Positions 1 to 8,687 of a stretch of DNA of 47,348 bases are shown piece after piece. The notes under the pieces are model-generated. The model had not been told where the DNA came from. It saw nothing but the letters and a program-made list of their open reading frames with translations, and did no database searches. The stretch is from a virus (taxonomy: Duplodnaviria > Caudoviricetes): the IMG/VR virus record IMGVR_UViG_3300021082_000040, positions 1-47,348 of that record; one strand, written 5' to 3'. Every line of letters starts with the position of its first letter. Position 1 is the stretch's first letter. Position numbers and translations under genes: made by a program.

Positions 1-124
1 TTTTTTTTTACACTAACAAACCCACTGGGCATACTCAGAGTTGAGGTGGTCGATCCCAAATCGAAAATCAAAAATACACTCACTAACTCGATCCAACAAC
101 CATCTCCAGTAAATCAAATACCGC

Positions 125-153
125 TTGCAAACTACCAAAAATCATGTTATAAT
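125..153 (+). promoter_or_regulatory. sigma70-type promoter with extended -10
   Basis: TTGCAA(125-130)-17 bp-TATAAT(148-153), TGn before the -10. Confidence 0.8.
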
Positions 154-178
154 TCACAGAGTTAAATGGAGGTCACCA

Positions 179-616
179 ATGCCCAGAAAGATCAGCGGCC
201 GAGTTAATGTTGCTCGTAAGATATTGCTCGATGCTTCGCAAAAGGCTCTCGAGACAGGTGAGTACGAGATCAGCTTACAGTGTCGAACGAAGAATGATGC
301 GTTTAACTTGAGACAAAGCTGTTATTCATTCCAGCGAATGTGGGCGACAGCAATCACCGAGCAAGCCGAAGCTGACGGGCTTGATCCTGAGATAGTGCTC
401 AATGAAACAACGCTGAAGGCTTCGTGGCCAAGCGCTTCAATCAGTTATGAGTGCATTCAAGGTGTTCATTGGTTAGTCATTTCATTCAAACGACTCTCAA
501 GCGACCCGAGTTGGGATGATCTCTTTAAGGAAAAGATGATAGCGGGGCCGCCGCCGAGGCCCAAATCCACACGACTTAATGGGGAGGAAATCTATAAGCT
601 TTTGGAGGAAAAATGA
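179..616 (+). CDS. hypothetical early protein (145 aa)
   Basis: GGAGG at 168-172 then ATG 179; the track start at 125 lies inside the promoter; overlaps next gene (ATGA). Confidence 0.75.
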   Translation: MPRKISGRVNVARKILLDASQKALETGEYEISLQCRTKNDAFNLRQSCYSFQRMWATAITEQAEADGLDPEIVLNETTLKASWPSASISYECIQGVHWLVISFKRLSSDPSWDDLFKEKMIAGPPPRPKSTRLNGEEIYKLLEEK

Positions 617-1320
617 GTGAGCTACAAAAGATTATTGATGAGGCCCGCAAAAATGGCTCGATCACATTCGAGACTGATGATTACGAGCGTGATCGAAGTA
701 AGTTATATCGACTGTTACAAGCTGAACAAAAAGGTCCACAACTCCCATTATTCCCACTCAAACCACTGGGTATCAAGACAAACAAAGAACGCTCGCGAAT
801 AACAGTTGCCATTAAAGAAGAGAAGATTAAGATTGTTGCAGTTAAATCAAATACAGATGAAAAACCAACAGCTGTTATTCCAGTTAAGAAGCGAAAGAAA
901 GAGCCTCGATGGATCGAGCGTTGGCGGGAAGATATTGTTAAGGCCGAAGAAAATCCACAGTTTCATAAAGATAATCCAGCATGTCGTGATGCTTGGGAAT
1001 ACTTTGATTCGCTCAAGTTTGTTATGGATCTCTATATGGAAGAAGAGGATGATGAGCTTGAATCAGCAATTAGAGACACTTATGAGAACTTTACAAAGCA
1101 TTTGTTCACTTACTTCGGAAAGTATGTTGATAAGGAACTGAAGGCGATTGAACAAGCAACACTCACAGATAAGATTATACTTAATGTTAAACGAAGAGGA
1201 GAGTTAAGTCCTGAGAGTACGAATGCTGAGGAGAGGCGCGAGCTGAAATATTTGCTTGATGAACACGAGCGCTTGCTAAAACTCAAGGATGAGGAAGATT
1301 CGAGAAAGGATTTATTCTGA
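613..1320 (+). CDS. hypothetical charged protein (235 aa)
   Basis: Long ORF, GGAGG RBS, coupled to neighbours; contains QLPLF. Confidence 0.8.
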   Translation: MSELQKIIDEARKNGSITFETDDYERDRSKLYRLLQAEQKGPQLPLFPLKPLGIKTNKERSRITVAIKEEKIKIVAVKSNTDEKPTAVIPVKKRKKEPRWIERWREDIVKAEENPQFHKDNPACRDAWEYFDSLKFVMDLYMEEEDDELESAIRDTYENFTKHLFTYFGKYVDKELKAIEQATLTDKIILNVKRRGELSPESTNAEERRELKYLLDEHERLLKLKDEEDSRKDLF

Positions 1321-1478
1321 TGGACGATGAACTTGACTACATCATCATCAAGTTCGATCTCGAGACCATGCAACTCGAAGTGGAGTCCAGTGTCAGCAAG
1401 CTGACAGCAAAGTTCATTCTCGGGCAAATCCTTACCGCTCTCAGGGATGAAGATGACGGTGCTGATATGGCTTCATAA
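1320..1478 (+). CDS. small acidic hypothetical protein (52 aa, MDDELDYIIIKFDL...)
   Basis: Translated by hand; TGATG overlap with the upstream stop; below the ORF track cutoff. Confidence 0.6.
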   Translation: MDDELDYIIIKFDLETMQLEVESSVSKLTAKFILGQILTALRDEDDGADMAS

Positions 1479-1496
1479 ACCGTTTATCTAGCCATA
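1466..1496. repeat. 31-bp palindrome, copy 1
   Basis: TATGGCTTCATAAAC-C-GTTTATCTAGCCATA. Confidence 0.9.
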
Positions 1497-1520
1497 CCGA
1501 GTGTGCGATACACGAGATTG

Positions 1521-1549
1521 TTGACAGTAGTCTTTTTATGTGATACCAT
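1521..1549 (+). promoter_or_regulatory. sigma70-type promoter with extended -10
   Basis: TTGACA-17 bp-TACCAT with TGn. Confidence 0.8.
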
Positions 1550-1597
1550 GTTTTTACCGACTCGAAGAGTCGGGCTTGAAACCACATGGAGAAGACA

Positions 1598-1777
1598 ATG
1601 TTTAAGCTCGATGCTGACTTAGTAGAGACAATCGACGGCGATCTCGGTTTGGAGTCACTCCCACGCGAAACCCTCGTTGCTTTCTGTAGGGAGCTTGGAA
1701 TCCTTCCCGCTGGATCACGCGGCCTCATCGCTGCCCGCCTCCGCAAGATGTATCAAGAGACGGGAGTCGCACAGTGA
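1598..1777 (+). CDS. small protein with SAP/HeH-like DNA-binding motif
   Basis: LESLPRETLVAFCRELGILPAGSRGLIAARL follows SAP spacing; GGAG before ATG 1598. Confidence 0.55.
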   Translation: MFKLDADLVETIDGDLGLESLPRETLVAFCRELGILPAGSRGLIAARLRKMYQETGVAQ

Positions 1778-2022
1778 ACAAGATCGTTCAATACTCAGCT
1801 AACGCGAACCGTAAAGTGCGTGGGACAGATGTTAAGAAGGGCGATCAACTCTTCGCGATCCAAGACATCGACACCCGCCTCTTCTTCATCTGGGCCTACA
1901 CAAGTCGAGAGATGGCCGAGATGATCTCGAAGAGGGTTTCGCCGCAGTCCGAGGCTGATCGTCAAGCTAATTGGCGGCGGTACTTGGTTCAGCTCACTCC
2001 AACCGACACGAAGGTTAAGTAA
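1774..2022 (+). CDS. hypothetical protein
   Basis: GTGA overlap, GGAG RBS, part of a coupled chain. Confidence 0.7.
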   Translation: MNKIVQYSANANRKVRGTDVKKGDQLFAIQDIDTRLFFIWAYTSREMAEMISKRVSPQSEADRQANWRRYLVQLTPTDTKVK

Positions 2023-2023
2023 G

Positions 2024-2218
2024 ATGATCACCAAAGAACAGGCACGCTCGCTTGCCATCTGCTACAACGCCTATCATGAAGAGTGCGAGAAAGATAATGC
2101 ACTTGGAATGCGGGTGTGGGCTCGATTGCTCATTGAGTCTCAAATTGAGACCGGAGTTGACTTGATGTCATCTGAGTTGCTCCAGCGCCACGCCGCTTAC
2201 AAGAAGAGGGTCGCATGA
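2024..2218 (+). CDS. hypothetical protein
   Basis: ORF in coupled chain. Confidence 0.7.
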   Translation: MITKEQARSLAICYNAYHEECEKDNALGMRVWARLLIESQIETGVDLMSSELLQRHAAYKKRVA

Positions 2219-2382
2219 AGCCCGCACCTGAGTTCACCTTCGATAATCCAAACTGTCATCAGCAAGCTAAAGCTGAGTGGGAAGCCCACAGCGCCGGTCG
2301 TGAATACTCGATCGTACCACAGGGTTGGCAGCCCTGTGGAGACCGGCCCAAGGCCCTCGAATGCTGGGAGGAGGACCGATGA
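2215..2382 (+). CDS. hypothetical protein (55 aa, MKPAPEFTFDNPNC...)
   Basis: Translated by hand; ATGA overlaps at both ends. Confidence 0.6.
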   Translation: MKPAPEFTFDNPNCHQQAKAEWEAHSAGREYSIVPQGWQPCGDRPKALECWEEDR

Positions 2383-2636
2383 AGCCCGCCACGTTGTTCA
2401 CTGTGTGGACGCCCGATGAAGTAGCTGAGTGCTTGGAAGGCGTTGGTAATACAGCGCTTTACACGAAGCTGTGGTCCTTCGTTCCTGACTATAAGAAGCG
2501 CCCAGCTGATGCTGAGTGTCCACCCGATCCAGGCACCAACGCTTTGTCAGACTTTTGGCGTCGCCTTTCACCCACTGAGCAAGCCCTGCTCAACATCCTC
2601 GCTGAACGACAGGAGAAACAGTATGGCCACGGCTAA
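2379..2636 (+). CDS. hypothetical protein
   Basis: GGAGG RBS before ATG 2379. Confidence 0.7.
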   Translation: MKPATLFTVWTPDEVAECLEGVGNTALYTKLWSFVPDYKKRPADAECPPDPGTNALSDFWRRLSPTEQALLNILAERQEKQYGHG

Positions 2637-2790
2637 CTTAGATCACGAAGACGGTCAGCAAGCTGACTGCGACTGCTGTGGTCGCAAGCGGCAGCTCAGC
2701 CGAGTCTGGTTCTGTGGGATGGAAACTTGGGCCTGCGCGGAATGCAGGCATGAAGAGCCAGCTCTAAACTGTGGAGGTGAAGATGACTAA
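2623..2790 (+). CDS. small zinc-finger-like protein
   Basis: CDCC...CAEC cysteine pairs; AGGAG RBS. Confidence 0.6.
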   Translation: MATANLDHEDGQQADCDCCGRKRQLSRVWFCGMETWACAECRHEEPALNCGGEDD

Positions 2791-2995
2791 GTATGGAGTC
2801 TGGTGTCAAGTGTGGGGTGGGGTCACTGGACCCCGCTCCTCTTGGCTTAAGAGCGATGGCAAGCGTTTTGAAACAGAGAACGAAGAGGAGGCCGCCTTCA
2901 TCGCGACCAAGCTAACCAAAGATCGAGCTAACCATCCACGTGCTTCATTCCTCTACACCCCACAAGCAATCGGAGAACACTTCAATGGCCTATGA
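2783..2995 (+). CDS. hypothetical protein
   Basis: GGAGGT RBS before ATG 2783. Confidence 0.7.
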   Translation: MTKYGVWCQVWGGVTGPRSSWLKSDGKRFETENEEEAAFIATKLTKDRANHPRASFLYTPQAIGEHFNGL

Positions 2996-3386
2996 GACAA
3001 AGAGCGAGGCACTCGAGACCGTCGTTGCAACAGCTCATCAAGAGCTGGTTGACATCGGGACTGAGATGCAAGACGACTTCGACGAGAAAGGCGAGCGTTG
3101 GCAAGAGGGCGATAAAGGGCAGGAGATGCTGGCTGCGGCTGAGGTGTTCGCCAGCCTTGACTACCCTGAGCCGCCCGACGCACTTAAGAGCAACACTATC
3201 GAGTGGCCTCGCACTATCTACAAGAACCCAACGAGGGCGCAGCGAGTCGAGATCTGCGTGACTGCCCTGCGTTCAGTCATTGAGGCCCTTGGTCACGATG
3301 AAGAAAACGAGGAAACCAAGAGCTTCGTTGAGGCGCTCGAACAGCTCGCTGATGATGCTGAGTCAGTCGAGCCGATCGGCCGATGA
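2985..3386 (+). CDS. acidic hypothetical protein (133 aa)
   Basis: GGAG RBS; about 32 D/E versus 12 K/R. Confidence 0.75.
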   Translation: MAYETKSEALETVVATAHQELVDIGTEMQDDFDEKGERWQEGDKGQEMLAAAEVFASLDYPEPPDALKSNTIEWPRTIYKNPTRAQRVEICVTALRSVIEALGHDEENEETKSFVEALEQLADDAESVEPIGR

Positions 3387-3547
3387 GAGACGGCTTAATA
3401 CAGTTGGGGGCGGTGCTCTTGTGGAGCACTGCTCTCACTCTCACTATCTGGGATGCCTTCGGCGGGTTCACACTTGCCGTTTGCATCTCAGTCGTTCTCA
3501 CCGTCACACTCATTATCACACTGTTATCATCGGGAGATGAATTCTAA
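3383..3547 (+). CDS. small two-TM membrane protein (54 aa)
   Basis: MRDGLIQLGAVLLWSTALTLTIWDAFGGFTLAVCISVVLTVTLIITLLSSGDEF; ATGA and TAATG overlaps; not in the ORF track. Confidence 0.7.
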   Translation: MRDGLIQLGAVLLWSTALTLTIWDAFGGFTLAVCISVVLTVTLIITLLSSGDEF

Positions 3548-3876
3548 TGGAGACTTTCAACGTCGTCTGTATCGTTCCAGTCAATCACTTGACTGACGTA
3601 CTTAAGCGGCTCGAGTCACTCAAGATACCTTACAACGTCGAGCTTCGACGCACAGTCCGAAAGCCCAACGAGCCGCGAACAGTGAACGGAGTGACCAACA
3701 AGGACTTCATTCTTGATCGCCTCTCCAAGGGACCGCTGACTGTCCGACAGCTTGGAGACGCCTTCATGGCTGACGGTCGCAAACGCCAGCGGATGCATGG
3801 CCCACTGTTCCAACTCAAGAAGGCCAAGCTCATTAAGCAGACCAAAGACGGCCTTGCACTCACAGGTGTCGCATGA
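3547..3876 (+). CDS. putative winged-helix DNA-binding protein
   Basis: ILDRLSKGPLTVRQL...LFQLKKAKLI pattern. Confidence 0.6.
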   Translation: METFNVVCIVPVNHLTDVLKRLESLKIPYNVELRRTVRKPNEPRTVNGVTNKDFILDRLSKGPLTVRQLGDAFMADGRKRQRMHGPLFQLKKAKLIKQTKDGLALTGVA

Positions 3877-4151
3877 AACTGTACAAGACTTACAGCTTCC
3901 GAGACAAAGACCCTGTAATCGACCTCTTGCGAACAGCGATCAAGGACCGTGGAGTCAAGTACAGCCACATCGAGGCTGAGTCAGGTGTGACCGCCACCAC
4001 GCTTTACAACTGGTTCTCCGGCACTACCAAGCGCCCGCAGTTCGCGACAGTCAAGGCCGTCGCTCGCTCAATCGGTTACGACTTCCAGCTCACGAAGAGA
4101 CACTTCAATCAGCAACACAAACTCAAGCTTGTGAAAGGAGGAAGGAAATGA
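3873..4151 (+). CDS. XRE/Cro-C1 HTH transcriptional regulator
   Basis: YSHIEAESGVTATTLYNWFSGTTKRPQFATVKAVARSIG. Confidence 0.85.
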   Translation: MKLYKTYSFRDKDPVIDLLRTAIKDRGVKYSHIEAESGVTATTLYNWFSGTTKRPQFATVKAVARSIGYDFQLTKRHFNQQHKLKLVKGGRK

Positions 4152-4603
4152 AAGGGATCTTGATCGACCCTCGCTCGAAGCGAATCGAGGAAATCGAACT
4201 CAAAAACGACAAGAATATCAGCACGATCATCGAGTGCAGCTTCATCGAGGGCGTTCGAGTCAACGACCACTTGATGATGTATCTCGATGACGTGGGAGCA
4301 CTTCCCCCGAATATGGGAGGCCCGAAAGACCAGTGTTTCTTCTGCTTCATACGAGAGGGTTATCAAAAGTCTGAGTTCGGTGGGCCTGCGTTGGTCCTCG
4401 GCTACGGTCGAGACGGCCGCTCTTACAGTGTTCGTGCGGGCGATCTCAAGTTCATAACAGAGATGACTGTTTGGCTTGACATCCATCCAGTTGACATCGG
4501 CCGCTCTGAAGGCTGGGTCAATCATCCAGTCTTCGGCCGGATGCAACAGCTGGTTCAAAAGGTCATCTTCGCAAAGGGTAAGGCCCCAAAAGAGAAGGCT
4601 TGA
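4148..4603 (+). CDS. conserved-looking phage hypothetical protein (DUF3846-like)
   Basis: MKGILIDP..IEEIEL, YLDDVG, GPALVLG pattern. Confidence 0.6.
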   Translation: MKGILIDPRSKRIEEIELKNDKNISTIIECSFIEGVRVNDHLMMYLDDVGALPPNMGGPKDQCFFCFIREGYQKSEFGGPALVLGYGRDGRSYSVRAGDLKFITEMTVWLDIHPVDIGRSEGWVNHPVFGRMQQLVQKVIFAKGKAPKEKA

Positions 4604-4628
4604 CAGCAAACTAAGTTCATGATATAAT
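4600..4628 (+). promoter_or_regulatory. perfect-consensus sigma70 promoter
   Basis: TTGACA(4600-4605)-17 bp-TATAAT(4623-4628) with TGn. Confidence 0.9.
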
Positions 4629-4654
4629 TGTTTTTCTCAGAAGAGGAGCGCGTT

Positions 4655-4852
4655 ATGAGACAATACACTGCGATAGTTGCAGAGGAGATCGGTTGCCCAG
4701 AGTGGATCGAAAAGTCTCTGAGAGGAGAGTCCACTCCTTATTGCAATCGAGACGACAAAGACGAAGTTTGTTACTGCCAAGCTGCGGCGTGGCGGATCAT
4801 CAAGCTTCACGACACCGAGATCATGGAGAAGGTCAGGAAGGTGATGCTGTGA
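4655..4852 (+). CDS. hypothetical Cys-containing protein
   Basis: GAGGAG RBS before ATG 4655. Confidence 0.65.
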   Translation: MRQYTAIVAEEIGCPEWIEKSLRGESTPYCNRDDKDEVCYCQAAAWRIIKLHDTEIMEKVRKVML

Positions 4853-5109
4853 TCTACTTCAACAACCTACAGCACGCGATCAGGTATGGCTACTCAACAG
4901 CGCCGACTTGCATCGCCTTCAGGAAGACCAAGGGGTGGTTCGTCTACAGTCCTTTCGACGGCTGCCCCAAGGACGCGACGCCAGAACTCTTCTTGGCGAA
5001 GCAAGGCCACCTTCCCATCCCTCTCTCAGTTGAGGGCGGGGAAGCTCTTTTGTCTCTCCTTTTTTCACTCTTATCAGACGGAGTTAATGATGAAGCATCC
5101 ACCAACTGA
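4849..5109 (+). CDS. hypothetical protein
   Basis: GTGA overlap; reads MIYFNNLQHAIRYG... Confidence 0.55.
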   Translation: MIYFNNLQHAIRYGYSTAPTCIAFRKTKGWFVYSPFDGCPKDATPELFLAKQGHLPIPLSVEGGEALLSLLFSLLSDGVNDEASTN

Positions 5110-6553
5110 AGAACAACAGGCGATCGTCGATGCAGCGTTGTCCAGCAAAGACAACCTGCTCATCAACGCACTTGCTGGTGCGGCCAAGACCACTACACTC
5201 GAGTTGCTTTGTGAGAAGATGCCGGTCCAGCCGATCCTCAGCATCGCCTTCAACAAGCGGATTGCCGAAGAGATGGCGAAGAAGCTTCCAGGGCATGTTA
5301 AGTGCTCGACGATCAATGCGCTTGGTCATCGAGTCTGGAGTGAAGCGACAGGCCGTCGACTCACGCTTGATGCGAAGAAGAACTCGACTGTCTTCCGTTC
5401 AGTACTTGATAACATGCCTCGCGGAGTCAAGTCCAAGTACAGTGACAGCTTCGAAGAGGTGATGAAGATCGTTCGCTCCGCGAAAGTCGCTGGCTACATC
5501 CCTGACAAGGCCTTTCCGAACGCCAAGCACTTAATCAGCGGTGAGGACTTCTTCAACTCACTCGAAGACATCCCCGAAGAAGAGCATTGCAACTTGGCGG
5601 ATGAGATCTTAGTCAAGTCCATCAACCTCGCTTACAACGGGATGATCGACTTCGACGACCAGATTTACATGCCCACCTTGTTCGGCGGAAGCTTTCCTAA
5701 GTTCCCAATCGTGATGGGAGATGAGACTCAGGATTGGTCTCCGCTCAATCACGAAATGCTTTCGAAGCTTACGACGACGAGCCGCTTCATGGGAGTCGGT
5801 GATCCTTGGCAAAGCATCTACGCTTTCCGAGGCGCGATGACTGGTGGGATGGCCTCACTCAAAGAGCGCTTTTCGTGCAAGGAGATGACGCTTTCCATCT
5901 CATTCCGCTGCCCTCAGTCAATCATCCGCAGAGCGCATACCAGAGTGCCTCACATGAGATGGCCGACTTGGGCTGTTGAGGGTGCGGTGAACGAGCGCGG
6001 AGAGTGGGACATCGACAAGATTGAAGATGGGGCGACGGTCATCTGTCGAAACAATGCTCCACTTTTCAAGGCCACACTTGACTTACTTAAGAACGGCCGT
6101 GGAGCAAAGCTTGTTGGTGCCGAGGTCGGCCCAGGTCTCATCAAGATTCTTAAGAAGATGGGACCGGAGTCAATGACTTCAGCAATGGTCCTCGACGCGA
6201 TTGATAAGTGGGAAACCGAGGCGCTTAAGAAGACTCGGAACCCCGGAGCGGTCGCAGACAAGCGTGAGTGTCTTGAAGTGTTCGCGGTTGCTGGACCAAA
6301 CCTTGGTGCGGCGATTGCTTACGCCGAGCACGTCTTGTTCAAGTCCGAAGGAACGATCACACTGATCAGCGGCCACAAGAGCAAGGGTCATGAGTGGGAT
6401 AACGTCTTCCACCTTGATCCCTGGAGAATACCTTCCAAGTGGTCAACGCCTGGTACTGAGTCTTACGAGCAAGAACTGAACGTCCGCTACGTGATCGAGA
6501 CACGGGCGAAACAGACGTTAAACCTCATCTCGATGGAGCCGTCGCATGGATAG
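5087..6553 (+). CDS. UvrD/Rep-like superfamily 1 helicase
   Basis: Motifs ALAGAAKTT, DETQD, GDPWQSIYAFRG, SFRCP, HKSKGHEW, YVIETRAK; GGAG before ATG 5087. Confidence 0.92.
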   Translation: MMKHPPTEEQQAIVDAALSSKDNLLINALAGAAKTTTLELLCEKMPVQPILSIAFNKRIAEEMAKKLPGHVKCSTINALGHRVWSEATGRRLTLDAKKNSTVFRSVLDNMPRGVKSKYSDSFEEVMKIVRSAKVAGYIPDKAFPNAKHLISGEDFFNSLEDIPEEEHCNLADEILVKSINLAYNGMIDFDDQIYMPTLFGGSFPKFPIVMGDETQDWSPLNHEMLSKLTTTSRFMGVGDPWQSIYAFRGAMTGGMASLKERFSCKEMTLSISFRCPQSIIRRAHTRVPHMRWPTWAVEGAVNERGEWDIDKIEDGATVICRNNAPLFKATLDLLKNGRGAKLVGAEVGPGLIKILKKMGPESMTSAMVLDAIDKWETEALKKTRNPGAVADKRECLEVFAVAGPNLGAAIAYAEHVLFKSEGTITLISGHKSKGHEWDNVFHLDPWRIPSKWSTPGTESYEQELNVRYVIETRAKQTLNLISMEPSHG

Positions 6554-6893
6554 CTTGACTGCACTGCAGGTGGAGACGAAGAACGAGTTCGTCTCTCAGC
6601 TTAAGAAAGAGGCGGATCGGATCTCGAACGATTTGATCCTGATCAACAACTTGATCGGGGCGCTTAACGACAAGATCACTGGATACAACAGTATCCTAAG
6701 TGAGGTCCATGTCTTCCGCAACGACGTAGCTAAAGAGATCGCCGACAACAGCGGAGAGGAAGATGAGGTGAAGGCCGCTTGGGCTGACGAGTGGGACCAA
6801 GGGTATGCTGAAGAGATCGACGACATTCCTGAAGTCGAAGTCGAAAAGCTGACCCATGCCGACGAACTCGACAACCTGCCGCAGGAGCCCTAA
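6546..6893 (+). CDS. acidic hypothetical protein
   Basis: About 29 D/E versus 9 K/R; GGAG RBS. Confidence 0.75.
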   Translation: MDSLTALQVETKNEFVSQLKKEADRISNDLILINNLIGALNDKITGYNSILSEVHVFRNDVAKEIADNSGEEDEVKAAWADEWDQGYAEEIDDIPEVEVEKLTHADELDNLPQEP

Positions 6894-7147
6894 TGGTTAA
6901 GCGGGTCATCAATGGCCTGCTCTTCGAAGCCCTCTCCCCCTCAGTCTTTCACTTAAGATTGAGTGGGGAGGGGAGCGATCCCATAATACTGCGATTTGGT
7001 GGGGTCGTCTGGAGTGCAGGCTTTTCGGATACAGAGAAGGATGTTTTCCTCTCGAGAGAAGAAGCGACGACATGGCTCCGAAAAGTGATTGAGCAAACGG
7101 AGCTTAAATACAGAACCACCTTTAGCTGCATAGTGGAGAGAAAATGA
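6893..7147 (+). CDS. hypothetical protein
   Basis: TAATG coupling, AGGAG RBS. Confidence 0.65.
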   Translation: MVKRVINGLLFEALSPSVFHLRLSGEGSDPIILRFGGVVWSAGFSDTEKDVFLSREEATTWLRKVIEQTELKYRTTFSCIVERK

Positions 7148-7476
7148 CTGAAGAAGAACAGATTGCTGCGAAGATGGAACAGCTGGCGCATGAGCTTGTT
7201 AACAACAAGCCCTCGACTCAGGCGGTCGCCGTCGCTGATCAGATAATCCACCGAACTTCAGCCGCCTTAGCTGACGTTCACGCTCACGCCATGTCTCGTA
7301 TCACCTCGATGCGGGAGCAGCTGGATGAGCTTGAGAGGACGATTGTGCTTTCTCGAGAGCAAGCTGAAGAGCACATGCAACACTTCATGAAGCTTGTAAC
7401 GGAAGGAGAGGAAAGCATCCGCTCGATGGAACTGGCTATTGCCAGGATTGGCGACCACCTGACGAAAAAAATGTGA
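7144..7476 (+). CDS. coiled-coil hypothetical protein
   Basis: Heptad-like helical ORF, GGAG RBS. Confidence 0.7.
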   Translation: MTEEEQIAAKMEQLAHELVNNKPSTQAVAVADQIIHRTSAALADVHAHAMSRITSMREQLDELERTIVLSREQAEEHMQHFMKLVTEGEESIRSMELAIARIGDHLTKKM

Positions 7477-7494
7477 AGAACTGTGAAATAACGG

Positions 7495-7523
7495 TTGACA
7501 AACCATATCAGGTGTGGTTCAAT
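7495..7523 (+). promoter_or_regulatory. sigma70-type promoter
   Basis: TTGACA-17 bp-TTCAAT with TGn. Confidence 0.65.
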
Positions 7524-7539
7524 GGTATCGTTCACTCGG

Positions 7540-7570
7540 TATGGCTACATAAACGATTTATCCATACCTC
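7540..7570. repeat. 31-bp palindrome, copy 2 (degenerate right arm)
   Basis: TATGGCTACATAAAC-G-ATTTATCCATACCTC; its flank CACTCGG is also the reverse complement of the copy 1 flank. Confidence 0.8.
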
Positions 7571-7599
7571 ACTAAAACTCGCAAACAAGGGAGATTCCA

Positions 7600-8121
7600 A
7601 TGCGAGAGTCAATCACGATCCAAGGCCTCGACTTTGCTGTCCACTCTCCATACGAAGCCGGTCATCAGCTGACCGCCGACGAAGCGGGAGTTCTTAACCA
7701 GACCTTCCACGAGAACCTTCGCAACAACTTCGCTTCCACTGTGAAGGACTACAAAGCCGAGCACGGCGACGATCTCCCCGAAGCAGCACTGACCAAGCTT
7801 CAGGAAGAGTTCGACGAGTATGCGAAAGACTACAAGTTCGGCGTTCGCCGTGGCGGAACTCGTGCCCCGGCAGATCCGATCGAGGCAGAGGCCTTCCGTA
7901 TGGCTAAAGACTCGATCCGCGCCAAGCTGAAGGAGATGCAGAGGAAGGCCGACGCCAGCGACATTGCTGACGCCGCCGTTCGCTTGCTCGCCTCAGACAA
8001 GGGCAACGCCTACCGCACTGCCGCTACCCGCCGGGTTCAGGAGGCCCAGAAGATCGCCCAGGAGTCACTGGCCGACGTTCTGGACAACCTGTCCGCGCCG
8101 ACTGAAGAGAAGGCGGCTTGA
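7600..8121 (+). CDS. hypothetical phage protein (173 aa), probably highly expressed
   Basis: First gene after a promoter, GGGAG RBS, strong C-ending codon bias. Confidence 0.85.
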   Translation: MRESITIQGLDFAVHSPYEAGHQLTADEAGVLNQTFHENLRNNFASTVKDYKAEHGDDLPEAALTKLQEEFDEYAKDYKFGVRRGGTRAPADPIEAEAFRMAKDSIRAKLKEMQRKADASDIADAAVRLLASDKGNAYRTAATRRVQEAQKIAQESLADVLDNLSAPTEEKAA

Positions 8122-8324
8122 TCGCCCTTCTTTATAACGCCTTGCATAGCCCGTTCGGGATTGTCTTTCAAACAGACGACCCTGGACGGGCGAAGGCTCG
8201 GTTTTACTCGACTCGGGCCAAGCTAGCCGATCCCAAGTTGGATTGTCTAAGCTTGGTTTCGAGTCCTCTTGATCCATCTCAGCTTTGGATCGTCAAGAAA
8301 GGCGCAGAAGATGAAGCGACGTGA
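8118..8324 (+). CDS. hypothetical protein
   Basis: TTGA overlap in coupled chain. Confidence 0.65.
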   Translation: MIALLYNALHSPFGIVFQTDDPGRAKARFYSTRAKLADPKLDCLSLVSSPLDPSQLWIVKKGAEDEAT

Positions 8325-8499
8325 GGACTTTCCCTTAATGAAGGTCACCTTAAACCTTTATGATGGGGACTTTCAACAGCTCCAGTCCCTCTACCCACGA
8401 CTCGGCGCTTCGAAAGTGATCCGCGTTCTCGTCCATTCACACTTAAAAGACATTCACTCGAAAGCAACAACCCGCATCAAAGAAGAGGAAGCAGCATGA
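8311..8499 (+). CDS. ribbon-helix-helix-like small protein
   Basis: KVTLNL strand followed by two short helices (DFQQLQSLY / ASKVIRVLVHSHL). Confidence 0.55.
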   Translation: MKRREDFPLMKVTLNLYDGDFQQLQSLYPRLGASKVIRVLVHSHLKDIHSKATTRIKEEEAA

Positions 8500-8687
8500 C
8501 CGACATCAGCGAACTCTTTTCTCGTGATCCTGAGTCACTCACCGATCAAGATCTCGACGCAATCGTGAAGCACCTTCAATCCCTTCGAGCACAATTTATG
8601 CTTGGCGCAAAGACAGCTGGAACCATGAAGAAGAAAGCAACCAAAGAGAAAGTAACAAACATCAACTTGGATGAGCTTGGTCTATGA
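8496..8687 (+). CDS. hypothetical protein ending INLDELGL
   Basis: GAGG RBS, ATGA overlaps. Confidence 0.75.
   Translation: MTDISELFSRDPESLTDQDLDAIVKHLQSLRAQFMLGAKTAGTMKKKATKEKVTNINLDELGL

Noticed and set aside
2215-2390. Two adjacent ORFs both starting ATGAAGCCCGC (MKPA)
   Set aside because: Only 11 nt shared with no further similarity; possibly a recombination scar but too weak to claim.
3873-4151. Lysogeny switch around the XRE regulator
   Set aside because: No divergent cI/cro pair, integrase or att-like site; the gene is inside a co-directional operon.
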